Below, one piece after another: positions 37,301-49,300 of a DNA stretch of 64,000 nt. Source of the DNA: Podarcis gaigeae (taxonomy: Eukaryota); assembly GCA_964106915.2 (NCBI GenBank), contig OZ066914.1; one strand, given 5' to 3'. The translations under genes and the position numbers were made by a program. Under the pieces are notes generated by a model. The model searched no databases. It was not told where the DNA came from and saw nothing but the letters and a program-made list of their open reading frames with translations. Each line of letters starts with the position of its first letter. Position 1 is the first letter of the stretch.

Positions 37301-40300
37301 ATAGGACTTACGTCCAGGAAAAGGATGGGTATAGGATTGCATTCTAAATCAGTGTAGTGATTTGTGTCATCTTGTATGTCTGTGTGTTGCTTGTGATCTT
37401 GTAGTTTGACTGACATTATATAAAAAAGCTAAAGTAGCGGTGTCATGTCTTTAAAGTGCCTGAGGTACCCAAGAAAGTTGTCCCTGAAAAGAAGGTACCA
37501 ACTGCTCCTCCTAAAAAAATAGAGGCTCCACCTGCCAAAGGTACATCTCTTCTTATCTGTGTTATAACGTTCTTCTTTCATATTACTAATTATATGTGTG
37601 TTTTATCACAGACTGTCAAATATACGTTAGTAAGTTCTTGAGTTCATTTTTATTCATGCTTTATGAATTATGTGGTTTTCTTATACTTGGTAAACAATTT
37701 AAACAGCACCTACCTAAAACAGCACTGTATTTTTTAACATCTCTGAGGAAAAAATATCTGCTGTTATATCAAAGAAAATTCTTCCACCTAAGTTTGTTTT
37801 TGTGCATCTCTAAATATCTTGTAAAGAGAATTTATTATTAATCTTTTCTAACATCTTCTAGTCTATTACTATAGGCTACTAGCATTACAGGTATCTCTTT
37901 TTTATTTTTAAAAACCCTTCTTGTAATTATTTGATAGCTTTGGGTGGTTTTCTTTCTATATTTGCTTTGTATGCTTATGCACCAGCAAGTCTTTGAAATA
38001 ATGAAAAATTAATGCTATCTTTAAAGTGCCTGTGGTACGTAAGAAACCCATCCCTGAAGAACAGGTCACTGTTGAAAAATACTTCTATGAAGAATATGAG
38101 AAATATGAGACCTATGAGAAGACTGAGGAGTTTCTTCAGGTAGAAGAGGGTGAAGAACCTGAAGAATATGAGGAAGCCCCAGAACCTGAAAGATATGAAG
38201 AAGCTCCAGAAGAACCTGAAGTCGAGCAATACGAGGAAGCTCCAGAAGAATTTGAACAGTATGAAGAAGCTCCAGAACCGGAGGAACTTGAGTACTATGA
38301 AGAGGTTCAGGAGACCAAGGAGATTGAAGAATATGAGGAAGTGTATGAGGTTCCACCAGCAATAGGTATATTAATCACTTACCTGTTGTTTGTTGCTGCC
38401 CTGAGATTGAACCTTCTTTTGAATGCCCAAATTTCCCCTCCCCCCAAAAATCCACCCCAGTATTCCCTGCTTTTGTGCTTACAAGACTCCATTTGAGGGA
38501 CAGGTTTCCCAGAGTGGGTCAAACCAACTATGATGTTGTTACTGAAGAGTTTAAAAGCTAATTATGGGTGTATCCTCCTTTAATGATTAGAGACTTCTTC
38601 TGTAATTGTGATTACAGTCTTCTGAATTTGGCAATTTGGTTTCTTTGTAAATAACTAAAAGCTCCTTTGTAAAATGTTTTTCAAGTGCCTGAGGTGCCTA
38701 AAAGAGCCATTGCTGAAGAAAAAGTAAAAGTTGCTGTACCTAAAAAAGAGGAAGCTCCACCAGCTAAAGGTAGATAAAGTTGCTGAATCTGTTCCTTTGT
38801 GTACCCTGAAAAATCAGATGCCCTCATGGTTGACTGTTGTCCTTACATTTCAGTTTTCACTAGCATTAAGATTGCAGATAGGACATTAATTTTATTATGT
38901 CACTATGGGTTGTATCCATTGTTAGTCGTAGTCATAACAGACCCAATGAAATTAAAGGTCATGACTAACATAGGCCCATTAATTTCACTGTGTCTGCTCT
39001 GAGTTGGATACAAATCTGTTAGCTGAACTGTCTAAGGGCATGAGCTATGTATACATCTGGTAGCTTTTCCTCAGTTCTTTTAAGTCAATGCCTGGCCAGC
39101 TAGCGAGGAACTCCCCCAGCTTGGGCCTCTGACTGGCCAATGTGAACCTGGCGCTTCACTTGACAGAAAGTTGTACCCATGGCCATGACAACTGGGGGGA
39201 ATTCCCCATCAGCCAGCAACCATGTGTGTTCAGCTGCCAGGGGAGGAGACCTTCCAAAGTGGCTTTTCAGAGGAAGAATAGGACTTGAGGGAGGGTATAG
39301 TTGGATTGTGGTTCCAAACCACCTAAGTTTCATTACATTTAGTGGAACAGTTTCCTATATATGTAAGCAACTAGATAAGAGAAGGCAGATCAGTATAGCT
39401 AACAAACTGGGATAGATAATTTTTTTCCTTCTCTGTCGAACTTGACATTTAATCAATATTGCCCCTATGCGTCTGTGTCTCTTTTTAAACCCCTTCTGTC
39501 ATTTTGTGTGGCATTTTAAGTCTGTTTTGTTTATTCTTGCACTTGATTCGTAATTCAAAGAATGGCAAACTCTTAAAAGAAATACATGTTTTTAAAGTGC
39601 CCACAGCAAAAAAGAAACCAGAAGAAAAAGTACCTCTTGCTGTTCCTAAGAAAGAAGTGACTCCTCCACCTAAAGGTACATTCACTCTTCGCTATCTTGT
39701 GCATCTTTCATCTTCTCTCTGTGTATTTTGTATAAATGTGTTGTGCACCTTCAATGGTATGTTGTGTTTGTTCTGTATGTGTACGTATTCATGGTGTGTC
39801 CTTGTGTTTTGTGTTCCCTTCTTTTGTAATTATGTATATAGCATTCATGTAAGATTCATAAATAACTAAACAAAAGTATTGTATCTTTAAAGTGCCTGAG
39901 ATACCTAAGAAAGCTGTTCCTGAAGAAAAAGTGCCTAAGACTGTTCCCAAAAGGAAAGAGCCTTCACCAACTAAAGGTAGATTCAGTAGTAAGACAGAAA
40001 GAATATTGACATTCCTGTGTTCTTGTCTATGGTGTTATCACTAACGCCTCAGAAGAGAACTTTCAGCAATGTGCACATTATTTTAGAAGTGTGTATTTCT
40101 CCAAATAAGCTTGAGTACATGCTCTATCTTTAAAGTGCCTGACATTCCCAAGAGAGCCGTCCCTGAAGAAAAAGTATCCATCACTACCTATGAAGCAGAA
40201 GAACCTCCCACAGTAAAAGGTAGATGAAATTTTGAATAGGCAAGAACAAAAAAAGTATATCTTCATCAGTGTAGTTGCGTGATCAGTGTGCTTAGATCAC

Positions 40301-43300
40301 AGCAGTAAGGCCCTTAGATGTTCCTGACACAAGTGTATCATAAATCCTACGAAATCTGGAGAAAACATTTTCATTTGGCTTACAAAACTCTGTTGACTAT
40401 GTTGACAACAGCTGTGATTGGAAGATGTCCTAAATAAAGTGACGATGTTTATTGTATAAAGGAAAAGAGGTATAGCTGACATTAGAAAATGTATTTTATC
40501 GGCCAAGCCAATTTATTAAATTTAAATTGCTCATTATCCCCTTCTTTCCTGCGTAGGAAACCATTAAAATGATATTCTGCCCCTGAAGTATTTAAAATGG
40601 AAAAAGAATTTGTTTAGTTATTCTTTTCTCTGTGTTATGGTTGTCTTGTGTTTAAAGATGTTATAACTATTTTTTTTATTAAAAAAAACCCAACTAAGAG
40701 AAAACTAATATCTTTAAAGCTCCCGCAGTTCATGAGAAAACATTACGGGAAGAAAAAGTTACTTATATTATCTCCAGAGAAAAGGAAGGTGCTACAGTTG
40801 AAGGTACATCAGAGTTTTATTCAATTTGCAAAATAACTAAGCTTGAAAAGCCAGTCAGTCAGTTTAACAATTTAATTGGCACTGAGAATAGTAAGAGGTG
40901 TCTGATTTTGTAGACTTTATAATATCAAACAGCTTACCGTGCTGTGTTTTGCTTAATCAAAATGTCATGATTTAAAATATTATTGTCCACATGTTTTGGC
41001 GTGAGGACAGATTGCAGTGAGGTAGCAGGTTTTATGGTCCAATGGTAGGATTCTGGCTCCAGTGCTGAATTTCCTTTGCAAAGCTTCCTATCAATCATTT
41101 GATCTCGACAGTCTGAAGCAAATGCACTTGGCCAAACATAGACATAAGGGCAGGAATCTGAGTTGTTAGTATGCGGAGCAGAGCCTGTTGTCACTGTGTC
41201 AAGAAGAGCATAGTAATTCATAGCCATTTCACTTTTAAAAGCCAAAGGAAACAAAATAGATGTCAGAGAGCAAATCATAAATGAGTTGTGCTTCTTTAGT
41301 TCTAGGATTATTCTTTTTTTAACTTTGTTTGTTTTCTTGATCTGCTGGTCTTCACTGTGTGCTGTTTATTTTTTCCCCCAACCTGTCCTTTGTGTGTCCT
41401 TTTGAAACGTCTCAAATATACTAATATCTTTAAAGTGCTTGAACTGGAAGAGGAAGCTGTCCCAGAAGAAACGGCTCCCATTGGTGTTCCTATAAAACAG
41501 AAAGCTCCGCCCATTAAAGGTACATACACCACCTCTTCCGCTAACTTCCCAAAGTGCGAACTACCATTGTATTATCCAGGCCCTTTGTTGGTCTGTTCCT
41601 TTTTGTCTTATGTGTGACATAATTGTATACATACTCAAAAATAAACTAATATCTTTAAAGTGCCTCCGGCGGCAAAGAAAGCTGTGCCAGAGAAGAAGAA
41701 ACCTACACCTGTACCTAAAGAAGAAGCAACGCCTATCAAAGGTAACACACCTTTAGCTACAACTGCAGTGAAATGAGACATTTCACCATTTTATTTCCCC
41801 ACCTGCTATTCTCTTACATAATTCAGTGTTTTGTGCAATGTAGGCGAATTTCTTGCCAAATTAATTACAAATTATTCCATGCAGTTTTAGGGGGAATAAT
41901 TAAATGGGATAAAATTCAGATCACCAGTACTAGAAATCTGAATAGGAATAGGAATATTGCTTTTCATCTAGAATCGCCGCTCTTGCAAAGCAGAGACGAA
42001 TGCAGAAGGCTCAATTGGTCATAAGGCAATGTTTCGTCGCTGTAATTCTATCATGGAAGATACGTGTCAAATTTCTTCCAAGATCTTCGAAATATGTGTG
42101 TGTGTCCTGTTGTTTTGTCTGTGGTCTGTAATAACCTCTTATTTTAAAATGCCCACGTTTCTAAAAAAAGACTAATATCTTTAAAGCACCTGAGGTTCGA
42201 GAAAAGGCTGTTTCACAAGAAATAATTCCTACTCCATCGGTCTCAAAAGAATTGGAACCTCCGGCAGCTAAAGGTACAACAGCAATTAGGTGAAAGTGAT
42301 AATGAATTAGCAAATTTCAAGGCATTTAAATGTGCCACAATAGCTCATTGTCATAAATTTCGGGGTGTTGTGTGCCAACGTCAATAACTGTTTATTTAGT
42401 TTGTCTGTTTCTATGTGTTTCACAAATTTTAATTTCCTGCCAAAAACTAATATCTTTAAAGTGCCTGTGATACAAAAGAAAGCCATTTCGGAGGAACAAG
42501 TAACAGTTCAAGTATCTAGGAAAGAAGCTACACACTATGAAGGTACATAATCCTTTAATTGAATGTTTCATCTAAAAGTCTTCTAACGTGTCAATGCTTT
42601 ATGTTACAGAGCCCAAGCCCAGGTTGTCATGTATACTAAAGGTGTTTATGGCCATTTGATCGGCCATCCACACTCCATTCACATTACTAATTGGATAGAT
42701 TTTAAGTAAATTCATTTTCAAATGCAGCAATAGACACACATGGGGGATTGTTTCAAGGTTTAGATATTATTTAGGCTGCCTTTCATGTGTCTCAGATGTA
42801 GCCCAATAAAAACCATTCTCATAAAGCATTAAGGGAGAAAAATGAAAACTTGGGTGGAAAAGAAAATAGCATAAGATCCAGTTAATGATAGTTCAGTAGC
42901 AATGAAAAACTTTTTTTCAGAACTTAACTGAAGAGTGGAATAACTAGAAACCAGAAAGGTGGAACACTTAGATTTTAATTAGATTAGACCAACTGGTTTC
43001 AGTGGGGCCAAACTTTATAACTAGCGAGGCTAACCATAAAAGCATGACGTGATCAGTTGAGGGGTGGGCCTTAACTTGCCCATGAGAGCAGAAAAATATT
43101 CAGAGCCCAGGGGGGTAAAAAGGAGTTCCAGCAAAAAATGTTTAGGGACTTATGGAGTGCAGAAGGGGCATATTTCAGAACCTTTCACTCCTTCACCCCC
43201 TTTGCTCTTAACAACAGGCACTCTACTTTATATGTGATTGTAGCAAACCTAGATCTAAGCAAATAATTGTGCTGCACTCCTATCTAGTTTTAGCCTGAGC

Positions 43301-46300
43301 ATCTCTAATTAGCAGAGCAAAAGGTTAGAATTAGTTAACCTTGAAGAAGGCCTGCTTCTGTGACTAAATGGAAAGTATAAGTTTATTCCACAATAAATAC
43401 GGCTGGGCTCTCTGTTTGTTGGTCATAGTCTTTTGTTATGTCTTTTTTGTCCTATGCTTTTTACAAGTATGATTTTGCATGTCTCAAAGAAAACTAATAT
43501 CTTTAAGATACAGAAACATATGAGGAAATGCTTCTAGAAGAAATGGAAGAACGGTATCCTGCCACCATTCCTAGGAAACGTGAGGTTGCACCTCCCAAAG
43601 GTATATTCTCTCTTCAAGGAAAACGTAAAGCTACCAAAGTCACAAAAGTGACATATTTTCATTATTTTGCTCTTGTTCAGTTTGATGCTACTATTTGAAT
43701 TTTGTGGTTTTAAAATTCTTACAAGGGAATTGATTTTATTTAAAGTGTCTGAGGTGCCCAGAAAAGGAGTGGCAGAAGAGAAGATATCCATTGCAAAGCA
43801 TGAAAAAACAGAATTAGTTTCTGTACATAAAAAAGCAGAACTTACTGAAGTATCTCAGATAACGCAGCCTCAAGCACCAGAAAGGAAGACAGCTGCTCAT
43901 AAACCCACAAAACCAGAATCTATTGCTGTATCAAAGCCAGCAGAGCCTGAGGTGCCAAAACAGAAGCTACTTGTTGCCAAACCCAGAAAACCACAACCCG
44001 TTGTGGAGCCTGAAGTGCAAGAAGAGGAGATAGATATTGCTGAACCTGAGGAACCCATACCTGTTGCAGTTTATGAGGCGGTCGAACCTCATGTGCCAGA
44101 AAAGAAGAAAGTCGTTGCTAAACCTAAAACACCAGAGCCTGTTGTGATGCTTAAAACAGTAGAGTCAAAACAGGAGATAGCTGTTGCCAAACCCAGAAAA
44201 CCAGAACCTCTTGTGGAGCTTAAAACAGAAGAGTCTGAGGTGCCAGAAAAGAAGCTAATCATTGCTAAACCTAAAAAAACAAAACCTGGTGTGGTCCCTA
44301 AAACAACAGAGCCTCCAGTGCGAGAAGAGCAGATGGCTGTCTCCAAACCTAGGAAACCACAACCTGTTGGGTTTCCTCAAACAGTAGAGCCTGAAATGGA
44401 GGAAGAGGAGATAGATATTGCTGAACCTGAGGAACCAAAACCTGTTGTAGTTCTTGAGACGGTAGAACCTCATGTACCCAAAAAGAAGGTTGTTGCTAAA
44501 CCTAAAAAACCAGAACCTATTATGGTGTCTAAAATAGTGGAGCCTCCAGTGCCAAAACAGAAGATAGCTGTCACTGAACCCAGAAAACCAGGACCTGTTG
44601 TAGAGCCTGAAACAGCAGAGCCTGAAGTGCTGGAAGAGCAGGTAGTTGTCTCCAAACCCAGAAAACCAGAATCCATTGTCATGGCTCAGATGGTACAGTC
44701 TGAAGTGGAAGAAGAGGGGGTAGATATTGCTGAACTCAAGAAACCAAAACCCACTTCAGTTCTTGAGGCAGTTGAACTTCATGTGCCAGAAAAGAAAGCA
44801 GTTGTTGCTAAACCTCAAAAAACAGAGCCTCTGGTGCCTGAGCCTCCTGCACCAAAACAGAAGATAGCTGTCACCAAACCCAGAAAACCACAACCTGCTT
44901 TGGTGCCTGACATAGAAGGGCCTGAAGAGGAAGAAAAGAAGGCAACCATTGCTAAACCTAAAAAAACAGAGCTTGGTGTGGCTCCTAAAATAGCAGAGCC
45001 TTACATGCCAGAAGACAAGATGGCTGTTGCCAAACCCAGAAAACAGGAATTCATTGTCATGCCTCAGATGGCAGAGCCTGAGCTGGAAGAAGAGACAGAT
45101 ATTGTGGAACCTGAGAAACCGAAACCTATTGCTGTTCTTGAGTCAGCAGAACCTCGTGTGCCAGAAAAGGAGGTAGCCGCTGCTAAACCTAAAAAACCAG
45201 AACTTATTGCAGTGCCTAAAACAGTAACGCTTCCAGCGGCAAAACAGAAGATGGCTGTCACCAAACCCAAAGAACCAGAAGTTGCCATGGTGCTTGAAGT
45301 GGAAGTGGAAGAAGAAAAGAGAGCAAAATCCGGGGAGCCAGAACCTACAGTGGTGCCTGAAACAGTTTGGTGGCAAGAGCCAGAGGAAAAGGCAGCTGTT
45401 TCCAAACCCAGAAAACCAGAGCCTGCTGTTGTGCTTGATGCAGCAGAGGCTCAAATACCAGAAGAGACTGTGATGGTTGCTAAGCCTAAAAAACAAGACC
45501 CTTATGCTGTGCCTGCAACAGAGTCTCCACCATTAAAAGGTAGACGTCATTCCCAAAGGGAAATGACACTCTTGGCTTAAGAAATGTTTGTCTTGTTTGT
45601 GGGGAAAAAAATCTTCTTTGTTTCATGTTAGTTTATAAATTTTGTACAGGCAACTTTTCTTGTCATACGTAAATGTGAATGTGCCTAATTAATGTCAATG
45701 TTTGGTGTCAAGTCTTTATGGTCTTGCTGTTATTTATCTTTATTGTGGCTTCTTCAGTTCGTACAATTAACACAATCTAATATCTTTATTGAAGTATCTG
45801 GTTTATCCAAGAAACCTGTTCTAGACAAGTGCTGACAAAAAGCAAAAAAACAGAAGCTCTGCTGGGTAAGAAAGAAAGTAAAAAAAGAACTTATCTCTTC
45901 TTGTTTCCTGATAATCTTGTGTCCCAAAAAGTTCCCATGCTGATTTTTGCAGAAATAGGAATATCATTTGCAGCTATATTCTTACCTTCCCTTTATAAAC
46001 AAATATGACGCAATACATAATAAAACATGAGGTCAGATGCCAGGATGAAAGGGGAAATGCTAATTATGATAACAATTAATAATAATAAACATACCCAAAC
46101 CACTGTCAGGAAGGTAACAGCTGTGGGAGTAATCTTACAAAACAGATATATCAGCAGGTATTTTGAAATCTTTCAAATGTTCAGTTGAGTTCAACCGTTT
46201 CCATCAGCCCATAAAAGATAACTACTTATATATATGAATGAAGGACCTGTATAGGGGGGAATTTTTATCCTAGTGCCTTCTCTTCAGTCACTTGAACGAT

Positions 46301-49300
46301 TTGTTCAGATTTGCCACCTGGACAGCTAATATTCAGCAACAATTGACGTTGTGGTGCTTGTTCATACGCCAACTATAGATGTTTTGAGAAAAGGTCTATG
46401 TCTATACAATGTAAAGGGCAGCCTCCTGCTTTCAATTGAATACCCACCCGTGTGATTTTAATGTCAATATTGTCCATGTCATTCCATGTCCGTGTGTCAT
46501 GTTCTGTCTGTTGGGAATAAATCTGTTTCACTTCTTCATGCCGTGTTATAAACCATTTTCAGTTCTTCAAAGTAAAATGTACTAATATCTTTAAAGTTCC
46601 CGAGATGCCCAAGAAGGCTGTGCCAGAAGAGAAAATACCTGTTGCAGTGCCTAAAAAACCAGCTCCTCCACCTGCTAAAGGTATATACCTCAGTCTTGGT
46701 GACATTCATTCTTACCAAAAGAAAAAGAAATGGGTTATGGGTTCACTTTCCCCCACCCCCATTTATAATTCTGCATTCTTTTCTTCTTCCTCGTCTTCTA
46801 AAAACCGATTTCATTTCTTAATTGGAAACATTCAGATAGGTTTTGGTTACAATTCAGAGAGTTATGGATACAAAACCCCATCGATTTCAGTGGAACTTGT
46901 TTGTCCCCTGAACTGTGATTGCTTAATATTGACCACTAACCTTCCTGATATTCCTCTAAAGGCGCCTCTTTATTCCTGACACTTTTGCCTGCATTTTAAC
47001 AAACTGAAACGTAACAGAAAATGATGCTATTTCTTTTCAAGTGCCTGAGGTTCCCACAAAAGTTGTCCCAGAAAAGAAGGTGCCAGCTGCTGTTCCAGAA
47101 GCACCTCCAGCTAAAGGTAACATCCCATTCGACAGAAAGCAGCAGTGGGTTAGGGCTGGTCCAGGAGGATAGGCATTGGCCTGGTTTGCATGACATGGTA
47201 AGAACAAACCTCAGCTGCAGCTCGTGATTGATGAGTAGACCACTAAACCAGGCTTCCTCAAACTCAGCCCTCCAGATGTTTTGAGACTACAATTCCCATC
47301 ATCCCTGACCACTGGTCCTGCTAGCTAGGGATCATGGGAGTTGTAGGCCAAAAACATCTGGAGGGCCGAGGTTGAGGAAGCCTGCACTAAACTAAACTTT
47401 GATTGAGCTCAGCGCAGTGTAATATTAAAAAAGACTATGGAGGACCAAAGGGGTTGCAAGCTGGTGATTGAAAGCCTGCACTTTTGCACAATTCTGGTAA
47501 GCCATAGCTTAGCTTACTGTGTCACATGAACCAGGCCAGTGTATATCTTTTTTTATTACTTTTTTATACTACACATTATCATCGCTAAATGCCATGTGTT
47601 CTTCACTTTAGTAGACGATATCAAGTGTGGTATTTGGATACCAAAGGTGGCAGAAATGTTCTCCTTTAAGCTAATACTATTTGTTTGTTTGTTTGTTTGT
47701 TTGTAGATTCACAGTCAGACTTTAATATCAATATTTCTAGAGTAGGTCACCATAAAAATAAGAAAGCAATTTTAAAAGATCAAACAGCAGATAAGACTAG
47801 CATCACTAAGACAGTCTCCTCAACAGTGAACAGGCAGGTGAAATAAATAGGGTGGCATCAAAAGATCTTATGAGAATATATAATTATGGTTTCCGTCAAA
47901 TTTCAAATTATAAATTATACATTAAAGATAAAGGATATAAAGTGAATATTATTATTTAAATATCCCCATCCCCATCTACTATAACTTTATTTCAAATTAT
48001 TATATTTCCTTTTTAAATTATTATTGAAATTAATTTATTGTAGTGTTGGTTGTTAAATTGCTAACTGCTTAATTATTTACTGTTCTGTTACTGGTTTGTC
48101 AATGCTGTGCTTTCTTCCTTACTATTACTTTCTATTTAAATTATGTATAATTTTTTTTTAAAAAAAAATGTTAATGATGGTGTTAATAACAACGATGGCA
48201 AAAAAGACGGCATGCTAGGTGAGCCTCCCTTGGGAAATAGTTTCATAAGAAAGCCACTACCCCAGTCGCCGCCCACCTTGTCTCAGAGAGATGGCACATT
48301 TCAGATGAGAGCCTTCAAAGACAAAGCCTTGTGTGTTAGATGATGGCCAGTGCAGTCAAATCTCAGAGGCAACTGCTGCTGCATTTGATGGGATTCAAAC
48401 GTAACTGGACCTAGGATTACAGCCTTAAGCTGAGCAATGTTGTCACTAGTTAATATTCAGTGGGACTTACTTCCTAGTGTGCTTTGTGTTTAGACTGCAG
48501 CCTCAGTTTGCATTTGTGTCTTAGAAGTTATGTGTATTGTCCTGCACCAAAGAGTAAGCAAAATCCATACCCTTCCTTTAACAGTGCCTGAAGTACCAAA
48601 GAAACCTGTTCCAGAAGAGAAAGTTGTGCCTAAAAAGCCAGAGGTGCCAGCAGCTAAAGGTGTGTGCATTTCATGTATTCAACAAATAAGATGCTCCCAT
48701 CCCTTCAGTTCCTTACTGTTCCTTTAGTGTCTACACTTCATTTCTTTCATACTTCCTTGTCATTATTCTTCACATAGAATACATGGCAGCAACGATAGCA
48801 CTTCTTAGTCATGTTGTATATATGGTATACAGTAGTACCTTGGTTCTCAATCTTAATCCATTCCAGGAGTCCATTTGACTCCCAAAACCATTAAAAAACC
48901 AAGACGCAGCTTCCAATTGGCTGCAGGAGCAAGCAGAAGCCGCATTGGATGTTTGCAGCGTTCAGGAGCCAATTTGTTCGACAACTAAGCTATTTGAGAG
49001 CCAAGGTACCACTGTACATGTTTAAGTTCACATTATTGAAGCTATTGTGTGTCCACCTGCTACCATTCTGTGACAGGATTAACATATGCTACCTTTGGAA
49101 GACATGGCATTAACATAAGCTAATCTTATTCAGTGCCCGAGGTACCAAAGAAACCTGTCCCAGAAGAAAAAGTTCCAGTGGCTGTGCCAAAGAAGCCAGA
49201 ACCTCCACCTGCCAAAGGTAGGCCTCATTTTTAAAGAAAGGATGACAAGTTAGTACTACCAGGGCTATTTTTCAGCCGGAACTCGCCGGAACTCAGTTCT

